Origin: Eutreptiella sp. 'Long Island Sound 2002'
Taxonomy: Eukaryota > Protista > Euglenida
NCBI GenBank assembly: GCA_964036045.1
Contig: OZ038378.1
Coordinates: forward strand, 21,948,001 to 22,012,000
Length of the DNA: 64,000 nt
Direction: 5' to 3'
Shown: positions 13,331 through 24,453 of the stretch, in pieces
Layout of the letters: the number at the start of each line of letters is the position of its first letter
How positions within the stretch are numbered: position 1 is the stretch's first letter
Translations under genes and position numbers: made by a program
The notes under the pieces: model-generated
Databases searched by the model: none
What the model saw: the letters and a program-made list of their open reading frames with translations, nothing else
What the model was told of the DNA's origin: nothing

Positions 13331-14129
13331 CTGAGGGGGGAAGGAGTTAGCGAGGCTCAGATAGAGCTAACAGGGACGGGGGGTTGCAATGTAAAGGCCA
13401 GATGAGTGTGCTAGTTGGTGTTCCCAGGTGCAAGCACTGGTTTGGGTTTTCAGGACGAAATGGTCCACAGCACTTGCACCAAGCCACTGGGGACCAGTAC
13501 TTTGGTGCGTGAGAGTGGGACAGGGGCGTGTGGAAGGCAGAGAGCGCATAGGAACAGCCGGGATAGAGGGGGTGGGGGGACAGGAGATGGAAGGGACGGG
13601 GGGTAGACAGAACTTGGGTGACATGTTGGAGTCACTGTTCGTGCCTGGAGATAGGGCCGGGGGCCTTCGGCATTGAGTCGGTGTACACGGAAGGAAAAAG
13701 GCGAACGCCTGCGTCTGCACCCGCCCCCCATCAGCATGAGGCCCCACCGGTGAGGGCTTCGCCATGATTTGGCTGAAAAATCGCCTTTTGGGGGCGACCC
13801 CTGATGCCCTTCCAGGGGCCTTGGGCCAGACGTGGGTCCTCGTTTGGTGACGATGCGAATACATCCAAACCCATGGAGAGCCGTTTAGCACTAACGAGGC
13901 CCCCCCTGTTGGCATGTATGGGCCCTTGAAAAGCCTGTTTTCGGGCGGTATCAACCCATTCGTGTAGATTCAGGACCTGGGGCAACTTTGTGATGCGTGT
14001 TCAGAGTGATTTCCTGAGAGCTGGACCTGGACCTGCTGATGGCAATAGAATTTCTTGGGCCTCAGACCCACTCCGCCCCTGCCCTCCCACTGGGGTCGAC
14101 CCACCCTCAATCGACAGCCTAGAATGGAC

Positions 14130-14411
14130 CTGCGCCGCCGCTAATTCTTGTTCCAATGTCGTATTCCTGATCAGTAGCGCCTTCGCATCCTCCTGCTCGC
14201 ACTGCTGCAGCTGAACTTTGCTGCGGAATGCATCAGCAGCAGCACGAACCTCGACCAGGTCGTTCACCGCCTTCACGCGTTGCGCCTGCGTCTCCTTCAG
14301 CTGCAGTGTGAGGCTGTTCACGGTCTGTGACAACTCCTTCCGGCCATTCTGCGCCACGGCCTTGTCCCTTAATGCCTCCTTGAGCTCCCACCACAATTTG
14401 GTATTCTCGGA
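14130..14411 (-). CDS. Coiled-coil exon (SENTKLWWELKEALRDK...LAAAQ)
   Basis: Acceptor cgcctcAG, donor CAG|GTCCAT, 282 nt, phase 0-0. Confidence 0.8.
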
Positions 14412-17153
14412 CTGAGGCGAAGGCACAGAGATCTCGGTGTACGATGCACCAAGGCAAACACAACCAACCCAAACCAACAACAAAAATGACCGCACTCAGC
14501 ACAAACGTGACAGTGAACATCAAGTGAACATCACTAGAACAAGAACACAGTGGATACGTTGCACATGAATCACTGACATTTTGGGGCAGAGGCATATCGC
14601 ACGGCATCTGGGTGTCAACAAAAACCCAAAAGCCCATGCGCCTACGGGTTCATGCTCGTAGTCATATTCGCTCCGTGTTGGGGCAGGAAAGGCGTGATGG
14701 TTGAAAAAAGACCCAGACAAGACGGTGAATGACAGTACTGCACTCCAGGAGGAAATTGTGCCTTATTGAGGTGCTTACTGCCCCTCATTAGTGTATGTGT
14801 TTGTAGTTCACGTGCGTCGATATGTTTGTGGCGTCGAAACAGCAAGTAGCTCGCAGAGACAGGAATCAGGAACGTGGCCTAAGCCCCACAAATGCTATGG
14901 CAGAGCCATCCTCATCCCAGCTTCAATCACAGCAGCCACTATACCGCCTTCTGCCAGTTCCCCATCAGTCATCCCAGCGCCCCACCCATTGCGAGTCGAT
15001 TCATAGCCCTGATGATGTCCGGGGCGTCTCCGTCGGTACTTGGGGACCAGTCAATTGAGGTCCTTTTTTAAAGGGAGAGGGAGTTCTGCCAAGGTGCCTC
15101 TAATGCCAGCCCCCCCCCCTTTCCCTCCCACACACACAATTGAAGCACGCCCGACCTTGTCTGCCATTGCAGGGGCTCATGGCTCTGCCAACGACCACAC
15201 TTTCACACCACCGACCTGCCGCTGACGGACGTACGCAACACCACAAATCCGTCCAGAGGAACGGCCCCAAATTCATTTCAGGCTGCGACTAAGATGTGCC
15301 ATGGCACGGATGTACAGGCCTCGCCGAAGCGACCAGTGCTTTGGCTGAACCCTCCATCGCTGACGACGTTGGGCAGTTTTGGAATCGGCGCAGTGCGCCT
15401 CATATTCAGTGACAGCACGTTTCAACAGTTGTTAAAACTCTCCAAAAAATTTTTGTGCTTGTGTTGCATCATACAGGCCCACTGATGGTCCGTTCAAATT
15501 AGCCCTGGCCCAGCAAACCCCCATTTTCTGTGTTCTGGGTATCTGTCAGATGATCCGGCCACGTGCGCCCGGCGCGAACGTCGGTGGGTCCGATACGATT
15601 CCGCTCGGCCCCACTCCGGACATCCGATTGCTGCTCTTGTACGAGCCCCGGCAGCGGCAACGCCGCGACCCTGACGCCCCCTCCGGCGTTTTGCCAGTGA
15701 CCCGCATCCCCCGCCCGTGTGTGTGGGGCGCTGGGGTCTCCCCATGTTCTCCAAGTGTGAGGCAAAGGTCAGTGGAATGGAGGTTCCCCTTGTGCCCGGA
15801 GGGGCATGTTCAGTCTTTGAGGGATGTGACCGCCCCACTTCCCCATGCGAACTGGGATGCTCGGGCTGGGGGGCTGGGGGGCTGGGGGTTGGGGGGCTGG
15901 GGAGCTACATGTAAGCGGCCGTTGCACCAACAGTGCAAGAGACACGCCCTTCGTGAGCAGGTTGCAGCTGCTGATGAGGCACCATGCAGCGATGCACAAA
16001 CAAAACCACGAACACGCACGAACGAAAGACGACGGAGAAGACAAACACAACATCAACAGGTACACAAACAAGCAATGAAGACTCAGATCACAAGAACACG
16101 CACCGGACGGAGCCCACATCCCGCAGATGGATGTATGTGCTGGATTTTGAATTCGTCGTACGTGGGGAATTTTCGGCAAACGTCCCCAGTTTAACAGAGC
16201 CATCCGTGCGCTGAATGGAATCGATTTACCAGTAGCAACACCAGCCACGGGCCTTTGGCAGCTGTGGCAGAAAACAAAGCCATTACCTGCCTCTTCTCTC
16301 ATGCAAACTCAAAGCTTTCACATGGTCTCTGGGATGAGCCAGTGCGTAGCTGATTGCAAGCTGTTATCCAACGTCGCTCTGAATGACGATCCCAATGGTC
16401 CGGCCCCTCTCAACACCCCAAACTGATAACCATCTGCTCACGTCTGCCCGCTTTGCTGGCATCCCCGGACAAGTTGGTAAGGCAAGCGTGCCTTACTGGC
16501 TGCTGTCCCCGCCCCCCCTTTTGGTGACAAGGGGTCAGGTGTGTGCACGTGTGGAGGCATGTCTGGGGGGGCAGGCGCGCCTGAAGGTCTAGAAGTCGCA
16601 GGAGGTAATTCGCCGGACCAGGCGGCAGGTGGCACTGCTCTCCGACCTTGTGGACTACCCTCATGAAGCGAGGCGAGGTACAGGGACAGCCAACAGGGGA
16701 CTGAATGTGGTAGGGAATTCAACACGGCTTCACAGGCAGCGGGGTGGCATGCCACTTGTCAAAATGTGTTGAGGACAAATATCAAGGAAATGATACACTG
16801 TACATTTCGACGATTGGGGATCGTCCTGCTCTGTATTCTCGGGTTTGCTCTTCTCTACTTGTGTACAGGATCCCCCATTCTTAATGGCAAAATATTTCTT
16901 GCCTGCAATTCTCCTGGGATAAAACCATCACTTTTTCAATGACACCAGCAAGAGGTAATTAGACAACTCTGATCAATGCCGGTGAAACAGTTAAGATTGT
17001 TGTGCCGTTTCCGACTTGCCGAAGACCCAGAAGAAGCAGTCGCTCACCAATGGGTATAAATGGGTATAAAACACATAATTCAAAGACGAAGACAAACAGC
17101 CGGCAACAACAAAGGAAAAAGATGTCCCATGCATGAATCAACACCATCATGAC

Positions 17154-17432
17154 CTGTAGCTTATCCTTCTCGTTCTCAAGACAACTGCGCGCCTCGGCTG
17201 CCTGCGCCATCAACCCGGTACACGCTCGTTTCTCGTCCATCACGCCCTGCTCGTGCTGCACGAGACGCGCCTTCTGCTCCTCCAGCTGCCGCCGCAAGGT
17301 CTCGAGCTGGTGCCTCTCCTCCTGAATCTGTCGTTGCAACACAGTCTGCTCCTCCTGCATCTTCCGCTTGGCCTTCGCCATAAACTCCTGCTCCATAGTC
17401 TGCCGCTCGCGTGCCAGATTCGCCTCCATCAC
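17154..17432 (-). CDS. Coiled-coil exon (VMEANLARERQTMEQEF...KDKLQ)
   Basis: Acceptor ttccaaAG, donor CAG|GTCATG, 279 nt, phase 0-0, E/Q/R-rich. Confidence 0.8.
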
Positions 17433-19003
17433 CTTTGGAATGCAGAGGGCGCGCACACTCTGCATATATCCTGGCGGAGGCACGCACTTCGTGTGAAGGG
17501 CCCGCGCGCGGGCAGTTGCAGGCCAACCATTGTGGCTTTCCAGTGAAATGGTATGTTTGCCTGAGGCATGAGCACACCAGGTTACTGTTGCATGAATACC
17601 ACACCAGAGGACACACTTTTTTTTGTAGATCCGGGCCATGCAGCGACCTCCTCTTGGCATGTTGCAATGGCGCCTCGTGCATTCTGAGCGTTTGAAAGGG
17701 AAAGAGGACACACCATAGCGAAAAGGCAGGGACTTTGTCACCCTGTCCCCTCCTCCTCGTCGCATTTGCGCTCCTGTCGCTCCCCTGTCACGCAACGGCC
17801 CTCGGTGACCAGCCAACCCTGAACTGCCGTCAAGCACAACATTTCACAATGCAGAAGGGCTCGTCCAGGAGTGAGATTTCTTTCCCAACGGGTGTGGGCC
17901 CCTGGGGTACATGGTGCGGACATTGGCTGTAGGGGTCCGGGCCTTGCAGCTGTGCGCCATGGCCATGAAGGAAGCTCTGTGTCCTTTGACTTGATGTATG
18001 TGAGGGCACTTCAGATGAGGGTCAAACAATACGGGCCAGAGCCCACCCCGGCGCTGTTGTACCGTATGGCGGCACACTCGTACCACGGTGTACCATGAAC
18101 ACCCTGTTCCGTGGACGCTGACGGGATGGCACCCGCTCCCCCCTAAACCCCACCAGCCGCCAAAGAGGTGCCCCATTCTTTGTCGCATCTCTGGTGTGGG
18201 TAACGCAAGCGGTCTTTGGTTTGCAGGGCTGCCGAGTGGAGCAATGGGGGCTCTGACTACTCACAAGAAATTTGGGTGGACAGGACAAGGGGGGGGGGGG
18301 GGGGCACAGGGCCGGGGGGTTACAACGTCCTCGTTTGCAGTGGCAGATCTTTCAGGCCAGGGTTGCGATGATTGCCTCCCCGCTGCCCCAACCGCATCTG
18401 TGTGTGCCTTTGCGAAATCCTACACAAGGCACTGAGAGGCCCTCCATGACGTGTGTGCCATGTGCGTGACTGATGCGGAGTTACGTGGGCGGCCCTGTGC
18501 TGCCCTGCGATGCCTGTGCGGTAAATGCCCGTGCGCTTGGCCTCTCCGTGCCCCAGGAGCGCCCTGCCCGTGATCTGCAGGTGTCGCGTGCGCATTCCCT
18601 TAGTGAGCCGCGTTGACACGCAAAAGCTAATCCAAGCACAAGCACCGGGGCAGCTCAAAACACTGCCGGCCCGAAGTAACCTTGTGGCATCGCCATGACC
18701 CGCTCAACCAGCGCCGTCTGCCCCCGCCCCCGTCCTTGGGGCTGGCACCGAAACCCGCAGTTTGCGTCACCCCCCGACGCGCCGCGCGCACGAGAGACTA
18801 GGGCTGGAGTGTTGGACAGTGGGGGTGGGCAGAGATCCTGCACATTTCCATGCAACATGCCGGGCACGCGTGATCCTGCACGAAGGCACGAGATGCAGGG
18901 GGTACAGGCCAGGCGCACGCCAAGCAACTGCCATGAGCATATCGTGCACCGGTCACACACAGGGCACGTACAGGGCATGCACAGCGGGGCACAGGGAACG
19001 CAC

Positions 19004-19444
19004 CTTTAGAGCATTCCGCTCTTCCTGCACCTTCCGCTTGGCATGCCCGATGATCTGCGTCTCCATCGTCTGCCGCTCGCGCACCAAGGAGGCCTCCACC
19101 TCCGCCTTCCGCTGCAGCAGCTGCCGGCGCTCCGCCTCCAGCAAGCGCTCGGTATGCTGCACCTTCTGATGGTCGGCCTGCCAGTTCTGTTCCTGCTCGT
19201 CGTCCGGGTCCGCATGGGCCCAAGCCGAGTAGTTCTTCGCTCCTGCATCGGCGCCCCCCAGGTTCTCCCCGGCGACGTGCTGCGCACGGGTAGTGACAGG
19301 AGAGTCGCATGTGCGGGGGGCGACCTTGTCGGGGCTGGCCTGTGCGGCACGTGGCGCGCATTTGGTGCCGTTGGAGGCCTGCCATACGTCGTCCAGACAG
19401 CCTTGAAAGACGAGCAGCGATGAGGAATGCCTGAGCGATGGACC
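19004..19444 (-). CDS. Most upstream resolved exon of the coiled-coil/EF-hand gene
   Basis: Donor AAG|GTGCGT at 19003. Acceptor ctacAG at 19445 is tentative. Contains LVRERQTMETQ, a paralogue of the repeat in the next exon. Further 5' exon(s) unresolved. Confidence 0.7.
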
Positions 19445-20331
19445 CTGTAGTCTCCAGGGGTGCATTCCAAACCTTCACACCACACCGTGAGGGATGTGCC
19501 GGCGAAGGGCACCAGGTACGGCCCGGTAAGGTGCTACAGTGGCGAGGGGTCGCGGGTGAATGGGTGGCGGTGTGAAGCAGAATGCCAAGACAGAGTAGTG
19601 GGAGGTCAGAAGGCAGGGGAACGAAAGGGAGGGAGGGGGAGAGGGGTGCTCCCTTCGTCCATCTAAATCCTGCCCCTCCCGTTTGTCTCTGCCCATCCCT
19701 CACACACAGACACACCCATGCCTCCCTCCTGCTTTCTTCCTCCCTTTGACTTGTGCTATGGTGGAGCGGGGGTTGGGGGGGGTGAGAGAAAGACGCTGGG
19801 AGATGACAAAGGACACCTTTGATGTTCTGGAGCAGCTGCCGTCGTTCCGCGTGTCCGGCACGGCCTTGTGTGGGGCTCTTGTATGCCGCCGCAGCATCGC
19901 ACTCCAACAGGTCTTCAGTGGGCAGCCCCGACAACGATGTGGCAGTCAAGGTCGCGGCGCTCTCACACGCATGCACCCCTTCCTTCCAGAACGGGCAGTC
20001 CTTCGGCGACCGAAAGGGGCAGCCCTGGGTCGCACGGTAGGGGCTGCCAGAGTGGCGCATGGGCCCCAAAGGGGGGTGTTGATGGGCCGTGCAGTGAGGC
20101 CGCTACACAAGGAGCTGCCAAGCCGTGGAGCAAACAAATAGTAAGGGCTAGTGACCAAAGGGAGGAACGGTTGCAATGGGGCACAACATGAGCATGCAAT
20201 GGGGACTCATGGCGGAATCATGGAGGTTGCACCATCGACTATGGACAATGCATGCAAGAAGATGGGCACAAAAGGCACAACATTGGAATTTTTCAAGTTG
20301 AAACAACCACATGGTGCAAACAAATACTCCC

Positions 20332-20825
20332 AGTATACGGCTGTATACTCTTAGTATACGGCCGTATACTCCGGAGTATCAACGGCCGTATACTGAGGTA
20401 TTGGAGCCTTGAGATACGGCTATATACCCTAAGAGCCCAAAATGGGGTAGTTTCAAACACAATATTCCTTTGGCTACCGGGTACGTAGGGTACGCTGGTA
20501 CCCGCATATACCCACATGGGAACAAAAAAAAACGTTGTGATTCGTTGGGAGCGTCAAATGTTGGGAACATTGGGGAACAATTTGCGGTATGTACCCGCAT
20601 ATTGTACCTGGTAACAAATAGTGTTCCCGGACGTTTAGAACGTCCCCTACATCTAGGACGTTCTAAACCAAGATATGTGGGAACACTATTTGTTACCGGG
20701 TACAATATGCGGGTACATATGTACCCGCATAACGGAACGTCCTAAACATTGTCAGGACATGTGGGGAACAACACCGTGTACCCGGCTACAAAAAGCGGTA
20801 ACACATGTTCCCATGGACCCATTTG
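20332..20825. repeat. Phased palindromes plus a long hairpin; probable subterminal region of a DNA transposon
   Basis: AGTATACGGCCGTATACT-type units at 20332, 20353, 20375 and ~20413. Inverted repeat 20588-20719. Many TACCCG motifs. Confidence 0.8.
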
Positions 20826-21240
20826 CTGTCGACCACGGGGGGACGTCTCCTCGCTTCTGTACGCGACTCCCCCCCCCCAGTAGAAATGGGCCGAAGGCCC
20901 CCACGGGGGGGGGGCTTCCGGGGGGGGGGGGCTAGCCGCCGAGGAGGGCTTCTCTAGGGGACTAGCTAGTCGCTGCTAGTTGCTAGGGGGGGGGGGGGGC
21001 TAAGGGAGAGGGTTTAGCAGAGGTCTAGTCCAGTTTGGCAGAGACGTGGTGGCCTAAGGGGTTACTCCACAACAACGGAGGCCTCCACTCTACCTCCTCA
21101 CCATTGCAATGGTGGTTGTAGGCGCCCACACCCCCTGCCTGGGGAGGGCCGTATATATATGCTGGTCTCTTCGACACGGCCCATCACACCGGAGAGCATC
21201 TGGGTGCCTTGCAGGTTGCCCAAGCCTACGAGGCACCGAT

Positions 21241-21430
21241 TAGTTTTTTTTTCCTTTGCCGTACACACAAGTACCGCTCTATATTAATAGTTTTTTTTTC
21301 CTTCGCCGCATACACAAATACAGCTCTGTGGGAATAGGTTCTTTTTTCCTTCGCCGTACACACAAGTACCGCTCTATGGTAATGGTTTTTTTTTTCCTTC
21401 GCCGTATACACAAATACAGCTCGTTCCGTT
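21241..21430. repeat. Four ~47-bp tandem units with A/B alternation
   Basis: T-tract-ccttcgccg-(tacacacaagtaccgctctat / catacacaaatacagctc) alternating. Confidence 0.85.
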
Positions 21431-21496
21431 CCTTTTTTTTCCACTACCCCATGGCCCGTGCACGGCTCTCTTAAAAAGTTCTCCCTCCGATGACGA

Positions 21497-21668
21497 TGGA
21501 TTGTGAGTCCCTAACCCGAACTCCAGGGGCCACACCGAAGCGTGGATTGTGAGTCCCTAACCCCAACTCGAGTGGCCACACAAAAAAGCGTGGATTGTGA
21601 GTCCCTAACCCCAACTCGAGGGGCCACGCAAAAAAGCGTGGATTGTGAGTCCCTAACCCCAACTCGAG
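21497..21668. repeat. Four 46-48-bp tandem units containing CCCTAACCC
   Basis: tggattgtgagtccctaaccc(c/g)aactc starts at 21497, 21543, 21591 and 21639. Confidence 0.9.
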
Positions 21669-22289
21669 GCGCTCAATCTCTGATCAAAAGCGGCTACCCC
21701 AAAATCAAAATGGGCTATCTCACCCCTGGCTGGTAAAGACAGCAGGCGTGCACAACACAAAGAAAACTACTCACAGATGCATCCAAGGCTGCAGAACGTG
21801 ATCACAAAACGGAAGATCAAGTGGGATGGGTCCATTGTGTTCAGGTTGGGCGCTGTCACTATACGTGTGGTACACCACATATATTTGTGTGCTCATCTAT
21901 CACTGTCACTGAAGCCATGCACGCCTTCTTGGGGGCCCGCAAGTGGGCGGAAATGCTACCTAACCCTTGCATTCTCCGGGGTCCCCAGCAAAGGAGACAA
22001 TTTTTTTGGGCGCCTTCGGCGCCACCCTATGTATGGCCCGTAGCCATTGACCCTTGGTAACTAAGTGGGCCCAGAGGGCTAGGAGGGGGGGGGGGTCGCG
22101 TACCGGGACCGAGGAGACGCCCCCCCCCGTGCTGTCGACATATCATGGTGTGGTTCCATCCCCAGCCAAAGCCTTCGAGGGGCGGCAGCAACAGGGGTCG
22201 TTAGCTCTTGCAGGGGCCAAAGTTAGTGGGAGCTTCCCGACCGGGTACTTCCCCCGACGGCCTATGACCACTAACCTGCATGTCCGCGG

Positions 22290-23639
22290 CTACACGTTGT
22301 GGTACACGCCGAAGCACTTCATGTGGAGAGGGTCGCCGCACACACTGCACATCTAGTTTGTCTCGCCGCCGCACTGTTCGCACCGCATGCGCACCCTGTC
22401 ACACTGCACCGGCACGTGCACCATGCCTCCGATGGGCCGCTCAATGTCCGGAAACACGGCCTTGATGGTGAGCCATTGAAACTCACCAAGTGTCAGGCTG
22501 GGTTGGCACACGCCCAGCAAATTGGAAGCCGTGTGGGCGTTCACCGCGGCATACCGCATGACCAAGGCGTGCACTGCGGCACTCCACGTTCGCATGCGAT
22601 TCGTTTCGCGCAGCTGTAGTGCCAGCTGGTTGCAAACGTCCACACCATTTGATGCCTGACGGTACACTTGCACTACCGTTGGCAGTTCATAACCACGCTT
22701 ATAGGTGGTGTATTGTCCAACCACCTCGCAGTTCGTGAGCATTGGCACTAGCTTGCCCGCCTTGCTACCCACGGCTGGGCTTTTGAAGGCGTACAAGGAG
22801 TACCTAGCCTTCGTGTGGCCCACACCATACGCTCCCTCCTTCAGTCGTTGTCCCGCCGCAGGCACGCCTTTGCTTTTTTTGGGTACCAAAAAGAGAAATG
22901 GTACCCGCCTGCTTGCTAAGCTATCCGCCGTTTTGTGGCTCCCGAAGAAGCTATCACACACTAGTGTTGTGTCCCGTGGCAGCTGATTAGCCCAGTAATT
23001 TGGAATTTCACTGGCCGTGAAACGACCAGCGCACTTGTACCGGCGGGCACCCTGCAGCCTGCCCTTGCTCTTGTAGATGTACATGTCTAGTACATAGGAC
23101 GCCGTGGAGTCGGCCAAGATGTACAGCTTTACCCCCGTCGCATGCGGTTTGCGGGGGATGTACATGCTCATTGGCCCCTTCCCCTTGTGTGGGGCTGTGG
23201 CCTCGTCACCGGCCACAAAAGCCCCCATGATCCATGCTGCAGCCCAGTGTTTGCTGCATTTGGCCACTAGCTCGACCACATTGGGTCGCGCATAGCGGTG
23301 TAATTCCCAGAACTTGCGGCGCGACAGCAGCCGACAAAGCCGGGGGTTGTAGGCGGCGGCGTCGGGGTCCCAGATGTCGTCAATCCGGGTGGGATTCACC
23401 ATCCCCAGAGCCAGCCGCAAGCAAAAGTAGTTGGGCACGTACCCGGTGAGGTGCCGCTTGCCCTTTTTGATGGGTGCCTTTTCCATCAGGCGGAGAATGG
23501 GGTCGGTCATGTATTCCCAGACCTCTAGGGGGCTACGCGCTCCTTCGAGGACGCATTGGCCACACCTAGGTTCACCCGCACCGGTTTGGGCAGCACACTT
23601 CCTCGCACGGAGGGGGCCACGTTTCCATCGCATACTTTC
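22290..23639 (-). mobile_element. piggyBac-family transposase (DDE_Tnp_1_7-like) with premature TAG in the C-terminal Cys-rich domain
   Basis: Catalytic-triad motifs GDEAT, CDSFF and GVDVCNQ, plus YIPRKPHATGVKLY. RCEQCGGETN*MCSVCGDPLHMKCFGVYHNV* continues in frame past the TAG at 22353-22355. Confidence 0.9.
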
Positions 23640-24100
23640 CTATCGGCAGAAGAAAAACAATCGGACATCCTGAGGCTTTTCACCTATTCTACAGTTCGGT
23701 GCGGGTTTGTTAATTCCTTGAGTCGTTCCAATTCCTGTTGACCTGTGAACCTGCGGAATTGCGTAGTTGTTCCAATCATTGACCTTGAACTTGCGGACAT
23801 GCGTAGTTGTTCCATCTCGGTCCCTACTTGCCCTGGCACGCTTTGCACGAAGTGATCGCTTAGGTAATCTTTTTTCAACACACATTGTGCAATCGTCGCG
23901 GGGTGGGAAAGAATAATAATGCAATTCAGGGGCCACCCTTAGCACCGGGTCCGTGCGCACTGGTTCTTTTCCGGCCTACTTACGCACAGCACAAACCCGC
24001 TGTCTACGCGGATCGCGCGCACTGCACCCGTGACTCCACTTCAACCCATTCTTGACCATTGACCACTGCATGCACAAGTCATTCGAAAACATAACTTACC

Positions 24101-24453
24101 AACTTGGTGAGTGGCTGCGTCACGGCTGCTTTTAGCTTTCTCGCTGGCCATGGCGGATGCGCTACGAGTCTTCGCCGAGTCCTGGTTGCAATCACGGATT
24201 CTGCAGGAATCAAGGGCAAGAGACAGGACCTCTTCACACCATTCGACAGCTTCAGCTGCCCCAATTTGCGACAAAGCCCACGGTAGCACCACAAATGTTT
24301 CGTCTGCAGCTTGCGACGACGCTTCAAAGTGCTTCCGGCGTTGCGAAGCCTCTTAGGACAGTGTCCCCAGCTGCTCGATCCCACCTCATGCTGACAATGA
24401 CTGCACCATTTTGTAAACTTCATCAGGATGACCCCAAGCCGTCACTGAAGCCA
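24101..24453 (-). pseudogene. Decayed ORF upstream of the transposase, ending at a GTAAGT donor
   Basis: MASVTAWGHPDEVYKMVQSLSA*GGIEQLGTLS*EASQ...RDAATHQV with two in-frame stops. Donor TTG|GTAAGT near 24100. Confidence 0.4.

Larger units (their letters stand above)
20834..22131. mobile_element. Non-autonomous TIR element (hAT/P-like, 8-bp TSD)
   Basis: Perfect TSD CTGTCGAC at 20826-20833 and 22132-22139. Imperfect ~45-bp TIRs starting CACGGGGGG.CGTCTCCTCG. No coding capacity. Confidence 0.85.

Noticed and set aside
12207-13405. Long plus-strand ORFs of 295, 303 and 210 aa
   Set aside because: Antisense shadows of the GC-rich coiled-coil exon.
15965-16010. Hammerhead-ribozyme-like CTGATGAG core
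   Set aside because: The downstream GAAA is missing (acaaac instead) and stems I and III are not evident.
18798-20141. 423-aa minus-strand ORF and the plus-strand peptide MTKDTFDVLEQLPSFR...
   Set aside because: The long ORF is low-complexity and out of frame with the real exon. The strand and frame of any exon at 19.8-20.0 kb cannot be decided from sequence alone.
22353-23642. TAG readthrough or alternative genetic code suggested by two in-frame TAGs
   Set aside because: One TAG is best explained as a splice acceptor and the other as a point mutation. TAG serves as a normal stop elsewhere (58899, 22290).
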